From the NCBI GenBank assembly GCA_937975855.1, contig CALJTT010000003.1, positions 26,901-90,900 on the forward strand: a stretch of DNA of 64,000 nucleotides, written 5' to 3'. Position numbers and translations under genes: made by a program. How positions within the stretch are numbered: the first letter of the stretch is position 1; every line of letters begins with the position of its first letter. The notes under the pieces are model-generated. The model saw only the letters and a program-made list of their open reading frames with translations, was not told where the DNA came from and made no database searches. Origin of the DNA: Minisyncoccota bacterium. Lineage in GTDB: Bacteria > Patescibacteriota > Minisyncoccia > Phycocordibacterales > UBA918. This document shows, piece by piece, positions 25,786-35,118 of the stretch.

Positions 25786-26652
25786 CTACCGACGGGCGAA
25801 CAGTCGCAATCGCTCAGCAACAACTCCTTCTAGTGCATCTCGGCCAGCTTTGATATAACGATACGGCGCAACCTCGTCTGGGTTTTCGTTCAGGTAAGCT
25901 GCGATTCCGTCACGGTAGGCTTTGCGGATTTCTGTGTTGATATGAACCAATCCGATACCTGCTTCGATCGCTGACCTGAAGTCTTCGTCAGTAATACCAG
26001 ACCCGCCGTGCAATACCATCGGTACTCCACCAGCCTCACGCAGCTGGGCGATTCGTTCAATATTAAGTCGTGGGTTGTTGCCGTGCTTCATCATGCCGTG
26101 CAGGTTACCAACGGCTGGCGCGATCAGATCGACACCGGTCGCTGACACGAACTCGGCCAATTCCTCTGGCACGGTCAACATTTCTTCAGTGATTTCCGCT
26201 CCTTCTGGAATACCGTCCAGCATCTTTGACGACATTCCAATGTTGCCCAACTCAGCCTCGACCAAAATATCTCGGTCTTGAGCACGCGCGTATTCAACAC
26301 ATTGCTTTGTAACGATTACGTTTTGATCGTGACCTACCTTGTTACCGTCAAAAATAACAGCGTCGAACCCAGCGTCGATCGCCTCCTTCACTCGTTCGAA
26401 AGAATAGGTGTGGTCGGCGTTGGTGTAGATCGGATAGTCGAACTCTTCGCGAATACTTTTAACTAACGCCACCATTTGTTTTACCCCAACAAAGTCTCGC
26501 TCACCTTCTGACGCGCCGATAACAACTGGCAAGTCCAGCTCCTTGGCTGCGTTGAAAATCCCCCACAGCTGACTTGAGTCAGAAATATTAAAATGCCCAA
26601 TCGCAATCTTCTGTTCTTCCGCTTCCTTGATGACTTCTCGCAGTGATTTCAT
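25786..26652 (-). CDS. fba: Class II fructose/tagatose-bisphosphate aldolase family protein
   Basis: IAIGHFNISD, VIGASEGE, VEAELGNIG, NLHG, LHGGSG. Confidence 0.85.
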   Translation of the reverse strand: MKSLREVIKEAEEQKIAIGHFNISDSSQLWGIFNAAKELDLPVVIGASEGERDFVGVKQMVALVKSIREEFDYPIYTNADHTYSFERVKEAIDAGFDAVIFDGNKVGHDQNVIVTKQCVEYARAQDRDILVEAELGNIGMSSKMLDGIPEGAEITEEMLTVPEELAEFVSATGVDLIAPAVGNLHGMMKHGNNPRLNIERIAQLREAGGVPMVLHGGSGITDEDFRSAIEAGIGLVHINTEIRKAYRDGIAAYLNENPDEVAPYRYIKAGRDALEGVVAERLRLFARR

Positions 26653-26706
26653 GGTTTAGTTAATTTATCTATACCTGGTAATAGTACCAAAAGCTGCGCC
26701 CGCACT

Positions 26707-26715
26707 TGTTATACT
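26707..26715 (+). promoter_or_regulatory. Extended -10 TGTTATACT, 8 nt upstream of ATG 26724 (leaderless candidate)
   Basis: TGT (26707-09) + TATACT (26710-15), then gggtgcat, then ATG. Confidence 0.45.
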
Positions 26716-26723
26716 GGGTGCAT

Positions 26724-27725
26724 ATGTCACAACAATACGATTTCGTTGCCATCGGCGACATCCTAATAGACGCCTTTATTCAACTTAATGAAGATCAAGC
26801 CACAGTTACTAAAGACGAAGAAACTGGACGAAAGACTCTTTCAATGGAGTTTGGTAGCAAGCTTCCCTACGACGATGTTGTAGTTGTACCAGCAGTTGGC
26901 AACTCACCAAACGCGGCTACGTCTGCTACTCGCCTAGGTCTAGAGACTGGTCTTGTTAGCCATATCGGAAACGACAAGTTCGGAAAAGAATGTCTACAGG
27001 CTCTACGCGATCGTGGCGTGCACACAGACTTTATTAAAATTCACGAAGACAAGAAGACAAACTACCACTACGTATTGCGATACGGACCAGAACGAACGAT
27101 CCTTATTAACCACGAACATTACCCATACGCATTGCCAGACTTCCCGGTTGCACCGAAGTTCTTCTACTTCTCTTCTGTAGGTGAGCACGGCATCCCGTAC
27201 CACCACGAAATTGCCGAGTACGTAAAGAACAACGAGACCAAGCTCGCCTTCCAGCCTGGAACCTTCCAGATCAAAGTTGGAGTTGATGCAATCCGAGACA
27301 TATACGAAAACTCAGAAATCTTCTTCTGCAACAAAGAAGAGGCACAAGAAATTCTTAAAACAAAAGAACAAGACATCCCAACCCTCGTACGTATGGTGCG
27401 AGAACTTGGGCCCACTATCCCAGTTGTAACCGACGGTCCTGGTGGAGCATTCACAGTTGATGCAGACGACCAAGCATGGCACATGCCAATGTACCCGGAT
27501 CCAGCTGCCCCGGTAGACCGAACTGGTGCCGGGGATGCATTCTCTTCAACTTTCACTTCAGCAATCATCCTAGGGAAAGATCCTGCTGAAGCACTATCAT
27601 GGGGACCAATCAACTCTATGAGTGTTGTGCAGCACATCGGCGCCCAAGAAGGACTCCTACCAATGGACGCCCTCCAAAAATTCCTAGCCGATCGACCCGA
27701 CGACTACGTACCGAGTAAGGTGTAG
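26724..27725 (+). CDS. PfkB-family carbohydrate kinase
   Basis: N-terminus DFVAIGDILIDAF and the C-terminal signature DRTGAGDAFSSTF. Start at ATG 26724 (MSQQYD...). Confidence 0.85.
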   Translation: MSQQYDFVAIGDILIDAFIQLNEDQATVTKDEETGRKTLSMEFGSKLPYDDVVVVPAVGNSPNAATSATRLGLETGLVSHIGNDKFGKECLQALRDRGVHTDFIKIHEDKKTNYHYVLRYGPERTILINHEHYPYALPDFPVAPKFFYFSSVGEHGIPYHHEIAEYVKNNETKLAFQPGTFQIKVGVDAIRDIYENSEIFFCNKEEAQEILKTKEQDIPTLVRMVRELGPTIPVVTDGPGGAFTVDADDQAWHMPMYPDPAAPVDRTGAGDAFSSTFTSAIILGKDPAEALSWGPINSMSVVQHIGAQEGLLPMDALQKFLADRPDDYVPSKV

Positions 27726-27744
27726 GAATTCTCTCACTAACAGA

Positions 27745-27785
27745 AAAACGCCCCACGTTTTCACGAAGGGCGTTTTTTTTATTTT
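27745..27785. terminator. Bidirectional terminator (PfkB kinase / LpxC-like gene)
   Basis: AAAAACGCCC ... GGGCGTTTTTTTT, with T-runs readable on both strands. Confidence 0.6.
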
Positions 27786-27805
27786 TTAGAACGATCATAG
27801 GCGCG

Positions 27806-28615
27806 CTAGCCTGAACTGTTCGCGTGAACAAGGAGTTGCTCATTCGCAACCCTTCCCACAAGTTGCATATCCGTCGGATGTCCAGCAAACGCCGTCTCGA
27901 TCGATCCGCCCAACTGCGCGCCAGCCGGTCTGAGGTATTCGATAGCACCAAGTAAATCCAGAGCGCGATGTAGCGCCAGTTCCTTCAGTACAGCTCGCAG
28001 CCCTTCTTCGGTTCGAGCACGACGTAGCCAGACATGCTGATCGACAACACCATGCCATCTTGCATATGGCCACAACCACAACCTACCCATAGAACGGGCC
28101 GTTGCAATTCGCCTCAGATCATCGTTGCTTTCTAAAGAAACGCGAACTGTAATGCGTTCAGTTTTTGGATATTGAACCGAAACTGAGATGTTCAGTGGCT
28201 CAGATCCCGGTGTCCAAGTCAGAGTTTTTCTGCCCTCCAAAAAAGAGACTTTTTCAGAGACGGTGTAAACAGGCATATCTCGATTCTGCTCCAAAACGCT
28301 CTCTAAAGAGTCCCAGTGCAGCACTCCACCGTTTTCATAGGGCAATCCGTTTTTGCCGACCTCGATTTCAACACCTGACGCTCGGAGCAAATGCAATACG
28401 CCAAAGAGATGTTCAGGAATCAGCACACGGCGATTGCGGTCTCTGACATAGAGAGATCGAAACAGAAGACTAAAACACCCCATCTTCAGCGTATCCAGAC
28501 TCACACTGGCGTCACCACAACGCCACCAGACGCCGGGCGTTTCTACCCGACGTAAAGTAACTTTTGCTTGCATCCCCCAGTGGTTTCTACCAACAATTTC
28601 AGCAATTAACGTCAT
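27806..28615 (-). CDS. LpxC-family (UDP-3-O-acyl-GlcNAc deacetylase-like) metalloenzyme homolog
   Basis: Aligns by eye with E. coli LpxC landmarks: IPEHLFGVL (E78-H79), ARSMGRL (ARTFGFM), LHRALDLLGA (H238...D242), AGHPTD (H265). 269 aa. Preceded by GGAG 8 nt upstream of the ATG. Confidence 0.65.
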   Translation of the reverse strand: MTLIAEIVGRNHWGMQAKVTLRRVETPGVWWRCGDASVSLDTLKMGCFSLLFRSLYVRDRNRRVLIPEHLFGVLHLLRASGVEIEVGKNGLPYENGGVLHWDSLESVLEQNRDMPVYTVSEKVSFLEGRKTLTWTPGSEPLNISVSVQYPKTERITVRVSLESNDDLRRIATARSMGRLWLWPYARWHGVVDQHVWLRRARTEEGLRAVLKELALHRALDLLGAIEYLRPAGAQLGGSIETAFAGHPTDMQLVGRVANEQLLVHANSSG

Positions 28616-28719
28616 ATGACGATCTCCCTCTTCCAGATTTTACGCTCTAAAGGAAACACTAACAACTTAATTTAAAATTGCAACAGAAACGCCTAGCTTC
28701 TTTATATATTAAAAAAATA

Positions 28720-28756
28720 AAGATAAAAGAAAAACCCCCGCACGTATGCACGGGAG
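28720..28756 (-). terminator. Probable terminator after the 28783-29907 gene
   Basis: Minus-strand imperfect GC hairpin CCCGUGCAUACGUGCGGG followed by UUUUUCUUUUAUCUUUAUUUUUUU. Confidence 0.45.
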
Positions 28757-28782
28757 CTTTTTGAAGCAGATACTTTACTCCG

Positions 28783-29907
28783 TTATTTGGCGAAAAACGC
28801 TTGTACTTGTCGCTTTTCACCTTGAGGGCAGTAGTACAAAGCCGAATTGCGATCGTAGATCATGTGAGTGACCGCTTCCGTTGGCGTGAGCAACGGGAAA
28901 CCCAGACTTGGATTTATGTCCGCCGGCGAGGGATCGGATCTGTACGAAACCCGCAATGTACCTGATGGTGTTGTTGCGAGATTGACATTGTGCCCGTTGC
29001 ACGGAACAGTCACTGAAGGATAGGCCACAGTTCGTGCAGCCTGACCGTAGGTTGCCGCTGGCGCCGGTGTGTAAACCGAAGCTTGGGCAGATGGTCGGAC
29101 TCCCCAGACGGCTGCCTGCTGCTGGGCACCCTGCCAACTTGCAGTCGGCTGAGCGGGAGCATGAGCCGCCGCGGACGTGCCATAGTCGTACGTCGTTCCA
29201 AATCCTGCAGATGATACTGTCGGGATTGCAGCGGCGTAAGAGTTGGTAGCAGCGTAAGTCGGCGACGCCGACTGGTAGGTTGGCGTTGCGTAGGTGTAAG
29301 TCTGACTCGCCGGAGGCTTGCTGACATAAGAAACGGCTTGCCCAGCGCTGTAAGCCGAAGCTGACGTTCCGGAAGTCACCGAGTACGTAGGCTGAGCATA
29401 CGCGATACGGGCTGGTGGTGGCGCGGGCACGTACGCTGACTGCGACGGTGCCGAGGTCCACACTGGCGCTGCCGCGACGGTGTTACTGCGTTGAACAACC
29501 TGCGCGTTACTGGACCGCGTCAGGTGACCAGTCTCAACAACTCCGTTTACTCGTGTTACGCGTACTGGGTACGCATAATCTGCAGTCCCGACGTAAACCG
29601 GAACGATGGAGTATCCCCAGTAAGAATCGACTCGGTGTGAATCCCAGACGCCATTGGCGCGTTGGGTTTCAAGCGAATTAACACGCGCGCCGCCGGAAAT
29701 CGATACGTTGACAATTTGCGTAGACTGCTCGACGAGCCTTGAACCGTTACCAGACCAGCTGGCCGTCGGTGCAGCACGCTCTGCTTTTTCGCAGGCTTGC
29801 CAATCAGAATCGCTTGCAGAAGCCAAGCCCGAAAACCCGACAGCCGAAAATAATCCGATTGCGATAGAAAGAACTCCCGAACGAATCCGGGTAAGAACAT
29901 AATTCAT
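28783..29907 (-). CDS. Secreted Ala/Pro/Ser/Thr/Tyr-rich protein of unknown function
   Basis: Start at ATG 29907, preceded by AAGGAG at 8 nt and by TTGACT-17-TTTAAT. Signal peptide MNYVLTRIRSGVLSIAIGLFSAVGFSGLASA. Long low-complexity middle and a Cys-containing C-terminal domain. About 60% GC in sampled lines. Confidence 0.7.
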   Translation of the reverse strand: MNYVLTRIRSGVLSIAIGLFSAVGFSGLASASDSDWQACEKAERAAPTASWSGNGSRLVEQSTQIVNVSISGGARVNSLETQRANGVWDSHRVDSYWGYSIVPVYVGTADYAYPVRVTRVNGVVETGHLTRSSNAQVVQRSNTVAAAPVWTSAPSQSAYVPAPPPARIAYAQPTYSVTSGTSASAYSAGQAVSYVSKPPASQTYTYATPTYQSASPTYAATNSYAAAIPTVSSAGFGTTYDYGTSAAAHAPAQPTASWQGAQQQAAVWGVRPSAQASVYTPAPAATYGQAARTVAYPSVTVPCNGHNVNLATTPSGTLRVSYRSDPSPADINPSLGFPLLTPTEAVTHMIYDRNSALYYCPQGEKRQVQAFFAK

Positions 29908-29992
29908 GGTAGTCACTCCTTCAAATTTTGGCGAAACGCCGTGACCCTACTATTAAAGACCGTGAACTGTAATAAGTCAACCTGTTTTGGTT

Positions 29993-30589
29993 CTATTTGT
30001 AGACACAGACTTCCCCTGTTCCATTCAATCTCACAACATCCTTCGCGGCCTCGTGGGCGGAATTTCCTTCACCGAAATAAATGTCGATCAATAGTGACTC
30101 GTCGTGGCCGTTGGTAACGCCAATTGTGTCGGTGATTTTATATAAATTGCCAGTTGGGCCGCCGACCCGCAGCAGCGTACCTGGCGCTAGTGTATTGGAA
30201 GCGGCGGTGCCGGGTCGATCTGGAAAGTTGGGGTCGTACGCAACCAGACATTCGCCATGCGCGTCTAGTGGGCATGGCAGGTTGATGTGTACGTTTACCT
30301 TCCCGTCGCCATCGCTATCCCACAAACCGATAACGCCAAAGCGCTCGGTGATACCCATCCATTGCACTACAAACAACCGCAGGAAGTCGAAAGGCAAAAT
30401 ATCCCCCGCTGCTTTTACATAGTCTGTGTCGATCGGTGTGAAGTAGCCGGTCAAAGTCGCTGGCCTGATCTCGCAGCTGTTGGCCTGTACACTTGTAGTT
30501 GTGACATACACAGCTACCGCGACTGAAAAAGCCACGCCCACGTATAACATCCATCGTGTTTGTATCTGCTGCATAAAGTTAGAGTGCAT
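29993..30589 (-). CDS. Secreted 3D-domain (MltA/RlpA-like double-psi beta-barrel) protein
   Basis: N-terminal TM/signal, then VAYDPNFPDRPGT...LYKITDTIGVTNGHDESLLIDIYFGEGNSAHEAAKD, which matches the three-Asp 3D-domain pattern. Start uncertain (30589 or 30574). Confidence 0.6.
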   Translation of the reverse strand: MHSNFMQQIQTRWMLYVGVAFSVAVAVYVTTTSVQANSCEIRPATLTGYFTPIDTDYVKAAGDILPFDFLRLFVVQWMGITERFGVIGLWDSDGDGKVNVHINLPCPLDAHGECLVAYDPNFPDRPGTAASNTLAPGTLLRVGGPTGNLYKITDTIGVTNGHDESLLIDIYFGEGNSAHEAAKDVVRLNGTGEVCVYK

Positions 30590-32432
30590 CAGTCGAGGTC
30601 GCCAGCGTTAGTTCGGGTTCAACTGCTTCTTCTGTCGCAGGCACCTCTATCGGGTCTAGTTCTATTAAAACTTCATCATTAACTTTTTCCTCCAACTCTC
30701 GCTCCTCAATAGCCTCACCCAAGCTGGTCGTTTGGTCGACACCCATAAGTTCAATCATCTCTAGAGAGAAGCGTGGCTGCGGCTGGCTAGCCACAACCGT
30801 TTGAGATGTAGTAGTTGCAACGGGCTCTGAAGTACTGGCGAGCGATTGTGTGTCGACAGGCAGAGTCGTTAAAGCTGTGGTGGTTGCAAACATAGCTTCG
30901 ACCAGCGTCGTGGTTGCCACTACAAATGCATCTATGGGCGAAGTAGTCGTACCGTTGGCAGCATCAACCGATTTAACTTCTTCTGTTGTGGAAGCGGTTG
31001 TGGTGACGATCTTTTGTGATGTTGTGCTGACGAACGCCAAAACTCGCTCGTCGGGATTTTCAATAAAATTGATCAGCCCAGCATCAAGCTCCGGTCTTTC
31101 TCCGATGGTGTAAATAGAGGTTCCAAGTATTCCTGCAGCTTCCGCGTAGTTTCGAGATCGCTCAAATGATTCTGGGTAGTGACCCCAATCGTCCACCTCG
31201 CGTTCGCTGTCGAGCCAACCAATTCCCACCATGACGCGATCGGCAATGTCTGGCGCCATCTGCTGCCAAGCATCGACTTCCCGTTCCCAAATACCTTGGG
31301 TCGAGCTGTATTGCATGACGTGAATAACGTCGAGCAAATCACGTCTCAGCCAGGTCGTTGGATCTTGCTGGTAATGAAACGAGGTAGCGTCGAAAACTAG
31401 ACGAGGACTGTATGTTGCCTGGGTTCGCATTTCGTATATTTCAGTTTTACTATCCTCAATCGGAGTTGTAATGAACGGGTTGTCGGGAGTCGCCTCGTAC
31501 CACTCACGGAACCACTGTGGCGTCTCACCTTCCCAAGTTACCTCTGTTGTAGTGGCATTCAGATCACCCCAGCGCCCGCCAGCATAGCTGTACAGCAATG
31601 GAAAGACGGCCGCTGACAATTGATAGTCTTTGCTGGTAGACGCACTGACAGAATCAATCGCTGTCGAGATAATCTCAACTGTGTCTGTGATGCAGGCGGT
31701 CTTTTCTTCATCTGCCATTTCCCAACCAGGGAAACGAATATAGTCGAGTTCGATCCCAGCAAGCTGAGGATAGAGCTCCAGTACGGCTGTTACCCATGTC
31801 TGCTGCGCCTCACGTTCTTCTTCCTCGCACAGGTCAACCCAGATGGCTTCTTCAACCCACTGGTCTTCTGTCAATCTTTTTCCGTTGACGATCCAGGCAT
31901 GGACGTCGACATCCTCGGACGAGAACAAGTCGAGGGCAGCTGCAAAGTCATTATGGTTTCCTACTCCTCCACCGATCAACTCGCCAGACTCGTCGAACAT
32001 CGCTGGGAAGCGCAGATAGACTTCGGTTAGACCAAGTGCCTTGGCGGTTTCAAAAGTTTCGGCCAAAGGTGAGTTTGGATCAAGACTGTCCGTAGTCGAC
32101 GCCGTTGTAGACGCGGCGGTAGTGGAACTGGTGCTAGTAGATGCTGTCAGCGAGCCTGTCTCTGTCGTGGTCGCAATATTTAAATCTTGCTCAACACTAG
32201 ATGTCGCAGTCGAAGTAGCTACAGCTAAACTGGTGGTCGACACCTCTGACACTGTCGAGGTAGCGAAGGATGCGGTTGTGGTCGCAGTAGTACTTGAATA
32301 TTCTGTGATCACAACTACCTCGGGCACAGTCGACGCAATAGCCGTCGCCTCCAGCCACGCACCGCGTTCAGCTGCAAATAATTGCACTGGTAACAAAACA
32401 AAGAATAATAGAGTGGGTAATGTGTATTTCAT
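30579..32432 (-). CDS. Secreted Ser/Thr-rich protein with a putative glycoside-hydrolase-like TIM barrel (DUF4015/GHL-like)
   Basis: Signal peptide MKYTLPTLLFFVLLPVQLFA and T/S-rich linkers at both ends. The core has LAGIELDYIRFPGW, typical of the GHL/DUF4015 family. Confidence 0.5.
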   Translation of the reverse strand: MKYTLPTLLFFVLLPVQLFAAERGAWLEATAIASTVPEVVVITEYSSTTATTTASFATSTVSEVSTTSLAVATSTATSSVEQDLNIATTTETGSLTASTSTSSTTAASTTASTTDSLDPNSPLAETFETAKALGLTEVYLRFPAMFDESGELIGGGVGNHNDFAAALDLFSSEDVDVHAWIVNGKRLTEDQWVEEAIWVDLCEEEEREAQQTWVTAVLELYPQLAGIELDYIRFPGWEMADEEKTACITDTVEIISTAIDSVSASTSKDYQLSAAVFPLLYSYAGGRWGDLNATTTEVTWEGETPQWFREWYEATPDNPFITTPIEDSKTEIYEMRTQATYSPRLVFDATSFHYQQDPTTWLRRDLLDVIHVMQYSSTQGIWEREVDAWQQMAPDIADRVMVGIGWLDSEREVDDWGHYPESFERSRNYAEAAGILGTSIYTIGERPELDAGLINFIENPDERVLAFVSTTSQKIVTTTASTTEEVKSVDAANGTTTSPIDAFVVATTTLVEAMFATTTALTTLPVDTQSLASTSEPVATTTSQTVVASQPQPRFSLEMIELMGVDQTTSLGEAIEERELEEKVNDEVLIELDPIEVPATEEAVEPELTLATSTDAL

Positions 32433-32474
32433 CGTACTGCGCTGATGTCGTTCTGAATAAATCTTCTACGAGAG

Positions 32475-32505
32475 AAAATGCCCTTACCTTTTAATAATAA
32501 GGCAT
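32475..32505 (-). terminator. Probable terminator after the pentose-phosphate/glycolysis operon
   Basis: Minus-strand ATGCCTTA...TAAGGGCAT hairpin (one bulge) followed by TTTTCTCTC. Confidence 0.45.
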
Positions 32506-32537
32506 GGATAACAATATAATTGGTCTGCTGTGGAGAA

Positions 32538-33527
32538 TTACTCTACTACCCGCTTGCCGGCTGCGACGATACTGTCGACACCCATGCCGTAGTGTTTAAC
32601 CAATTCGTCTGGTTCTCCTGATTGACCGAACTGGTCGTCAACACCGATACGTGCGATGCGAGTTGGGTTGATCTCGGCGAGAGCTTCACACACTGCGCTA
32701 CCCATACCACCAGCGATCTGATGTTCTTCAACTGTTACCAAAGCGTCGTGTTCGGCGGCAAACACATCGAGAGCTTGTACGTCTAGCGGTTTGATAGTTG
32801 CCAAGTGCAGCACTGACACGCCGATTCCTTGTGTCTGCAGTTCGTGCGCGGCCATTAGTGAGTTGTATAAAAGTGAGCCGGTAGAAATGATTCCGACCTT
32901 TTTCTCTAAAGATTCATCACGGCTGAACATGCGCTGTGCTTTACCAATTTCAAATGGCGTGTCTTTGGTAGTGACAACTGGCGTTGCACTCCTACCTAGT
33001 CGGAAGTAAACCGGCCCTTCGTACTCTGCTGCAGCCAGAGTCACTTTCCTAGCCTCTTCGGCATCTGCTGGCGCCAGTACTACCATGTTTGGAACAACCC
33101 GCATGATGGCAATATCCTCGATTGCCTGATGAGTTGCTCCATCAGGACCAACTGAAACACCAGCATGAGCACCAACAATTTTTACATTAGCGTCGTTGTA
33201 AGCAACTGTGGTACGGATCTGCTCCCAGTTGCGCCCAGGCGAAAACATCGCATAAGAAGAGATGAAGGGAATCTTCCCCATCGCTGACATACCAGAAGCA
33301 ACGGAGGCAAGATTTTGCTCAGCTACGCCAATCTGCACAAACCGGTTGGGGAATTTCTCAGCAAAGTGATGCGTGCGCGTTGACTCGGTCAAATCGCAAC
33401 AAAGGGCGACCACGTTTTTGTCGCGCTTGCCAGCCTCTAGGAGACCTTCGCCATACCCGTTTCGGGTGGGAGATTTTTCTACTTCTCCCCCAGTTCTTAT
33501 TGCTTCGTGAATGTGGTCTGCAAACAT
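32538..33527 (-). CDS. tkt: Transketolase, C-terminal (pyrimidine-binding) subunit
   Basis: RNGYGEGLLEAG..., FVQIGVAEQNLASVASGMS, GPDGATHQAIEDIA. Confidence 0.9.
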   Translation of the reverse strand: MFADHIHEAIRTGGEVEKSPTRNGYGEGLLEAGKRDKNVVALCCDLTESTRTHHFAEKFPNRFVQIGVAEQNLASVASGMSAMGKIPFISSYAMFSPGRNWEQIRTTVAYNDANVKIVGAHAGVSVGPDGATHQAIEDIAIMRVVPNMVVLAPADAEEARKVTLAAAEYEGPVYFRLGRSATPVVTTKDTPFEIGKAQRMFSRDESLEKKVGIISTGSLLYNSLMAAHELQTQGIGVSVLHLATIKPLDVQALDVFAAEHDALVTVEEHQIAGGMGSAVCEALAEINPTRIARIGVDDQFGQSGEPDELVKHYGMGVDSIVAAGKRVVE

Positions 33528-33528
33528 A

Positions 33529-34425
33529 CTATGCGTGATTATCTTTATCGATCAAACCTGCCAGAGTGCGCAGCTTCTCGAGCGCTACCTTTGACTGCTC
33601 ACTCTTTGGAACCCGGTCTTCAGGACCTTTACCTGGAGGATTGCCGTGCCATCGGAAATCTCTTTCAAATACATCTACCCCCTTACTACCGATAGTATGC
33701 GCAATGATAACTGACGGCTTGCTGTATACCGCCTGCGCTTTGCCAATCGCGTCGTTGAGGCCGCGCATGCTGTGACCATCGACTTCTTGGACGTCGAATC
33801 CAAACGCTTCCCATTTATCAGCCAGTGGCTCTAGTGGCATCACGTCTTGGGTGTAGCCGTCGATTTGGAATCCGTTACGGTCGACAATGACAATAAGATT
33901 GTGAAGTTTTTCTTTACCAGCTAGCATCGCTGCTTCCCAGATCTGTCCTTCGTTCAATTCCCCGTCTCCTGTCAAACAGTAGAAAAACTTCGACGTGTAC
34001 GGGTTGTCCATTCGTTCGGCGATAGCCATTCCAACTGCTTGTGACAGCCCTGACCCTAGTGGCCCAGATGAAGTTTCAACACCCGGCAGAACTTCTTTGT
34101 GTGGGTGTCCTTGAAGGCGACCACCAAATTTCCTCAAGGTCATCAATTCTTCTACAGGGAAATAACCCGCATGCGCCAATGTGGCATATAGGACTGGACA
34201 GATGTGTCCATTTGACAAGATAACCCGATCTCTTTCTGGCCAATCTGGTTTTTTTGGATCGTGTTTAAGGGTTGAAAAATACAAAAGCGTAAACACATCG
34301 GCCATATCGAGCGGACCGGCGGTGTGGCCACTACCAGCCTCGGTGAGCATTTCGATAATACTTTGTCTAATTGTGTTCGCTTGTTTTTCAAGCCGGGTAG
34401 CTTCAGATGAGCTGATGTACTTCAT
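33529..34425 (-). CDS. tkt: Transketolase, N-terminal (TPP-binding) subunit
   Basis: GSGHTAGPLDMADV, CLTGDGELNEGQIWEA, VIVDRNGFQIDG. Start at ATG 34425, with TATACT 9 nt upstream. Confidence 0.9.
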   Translation of the reverse strand: MKYISSSEATRLEKQANTIRQSIIEMLTEAGSGHTAGPLDMADVFTLLYFSTLKHDPKKPDWPERDRVILSNGHICPVLYATLAHAGYFPVEELMTLRKFGGRLQGHPHKEVLPGVETSSGPLGSGLSQAVGMAIAERMDNPYTSKFFYCLTGDGELNEGQIWEAAMLAGKEKLHNLIVIVDRNGFQIDGYTQDVMPLEPLADKWEAFGFDVQEVDGHSMRGLNDAIGKAQAVYSKPSVIIAHTIGSKGVDVFERDFRWHGNPPGKGPEDRVPKSEQSKVALEKLRTLAGLIDKDNHA

Positions 34426-34470
34426 ATAACAATAAGTATAACGGGTCGACGGACACTTGCCCACCGATTG

Positions 34471-35118
34471 CTAGTTAATAAGACTGCACAGTTCAGCGTG
34501 TGCTGCTTGCGGATCTTCTTGTAGTGTAATTGCTGACCCGACAATAAATCTGTCCGCGCCTGCTTCTTTTAATCTAACAATAGTGTCTTTATTTACACTA
34601 CCGTCAATAGATATAGTCTTTTCGGGAAAGGCTGTTTTAACGGCTTTAATCTTCTTGAATACCTCTTCGTCAAATGGCTGCTTCATGGCACCGACTTCGC
34701 GAATACCCATCAGTTGAACATAGTCTGCGTGCTGAGCATACTCCAAAAGCGTGTCGATCGACGTGTCGCCGTGTGCACTGATCCCAGTAGTTACGTGAGT
34801 AAACTCGTGAAAGTTTTTAAAGTTCTCTAGAGTGATTGTTTCAAGATGGAAAATCAACATGTCAGCCCCGGCAGTAATACACTCGACTGCCATAGACAGA
34901 GGATCCTCTACCATCAAGTCCACCTCCAGTGAGAACTTGTCGGTGCAGTCTTTAACATCAGCCAAGTTACCTTCTGGGTCGTACGGCCAGGAAAAATTTG
35001 GAACAAACTTGCCGTCGACCATGTCGAGATGGATCTCGTGTGAGAACGACAGTCGAGAGAGAGTCTCTCGCACATCGGTATCACTGCTGGGAATAAGGGC
35101 TGGGACGACGGGAATCAT
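34471..35118 (-). CDS. rpe: Ribulose-phosphate 3-epimerase
   Basis: HLDMVDGKFVPNFSW, DLMVEDP, ISIDGSVN. Confidence 0.85.
   Translation of the reverse strand: MIPVVPALIPSSDTDVRETLSRLSFSHEIHLDMVDGKFVPNFSWPYDPEGNLADVKDCTDKFSLEVDLMVEDPLSMAVECITAGADMLIFHLETITLENFKNFHEFTHVTTGISAHGDTSIDTLLEYAQHADYVQLMGIREVGAMKQPFDEEVFKKIKAVKTAFPEKTISIDGSVNKDTIVRLKEAGADRFIVGSAITLQEDPQAAHAELCSLIN

Noticed and set aside
28817-29461. Alternative-frame ORFs (214 aa and 105 aa) inside the 28783-29907 gene
   Set aside because: The high local GC suppresses stop codons in all frames. Only the annotated frame has an SD, a signal peptide and a coherent domain layout.
32538-34425. The split transketolase as a frameshifted pseudogene
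   Set aside because: The two halves correspond exactly to the N-terminal TPP-binding subunit and the C-terminal pyrimidine-binding subunit, with their own start and stop 1 nt apart. Naturally split transketolase genes are a known arrangement.
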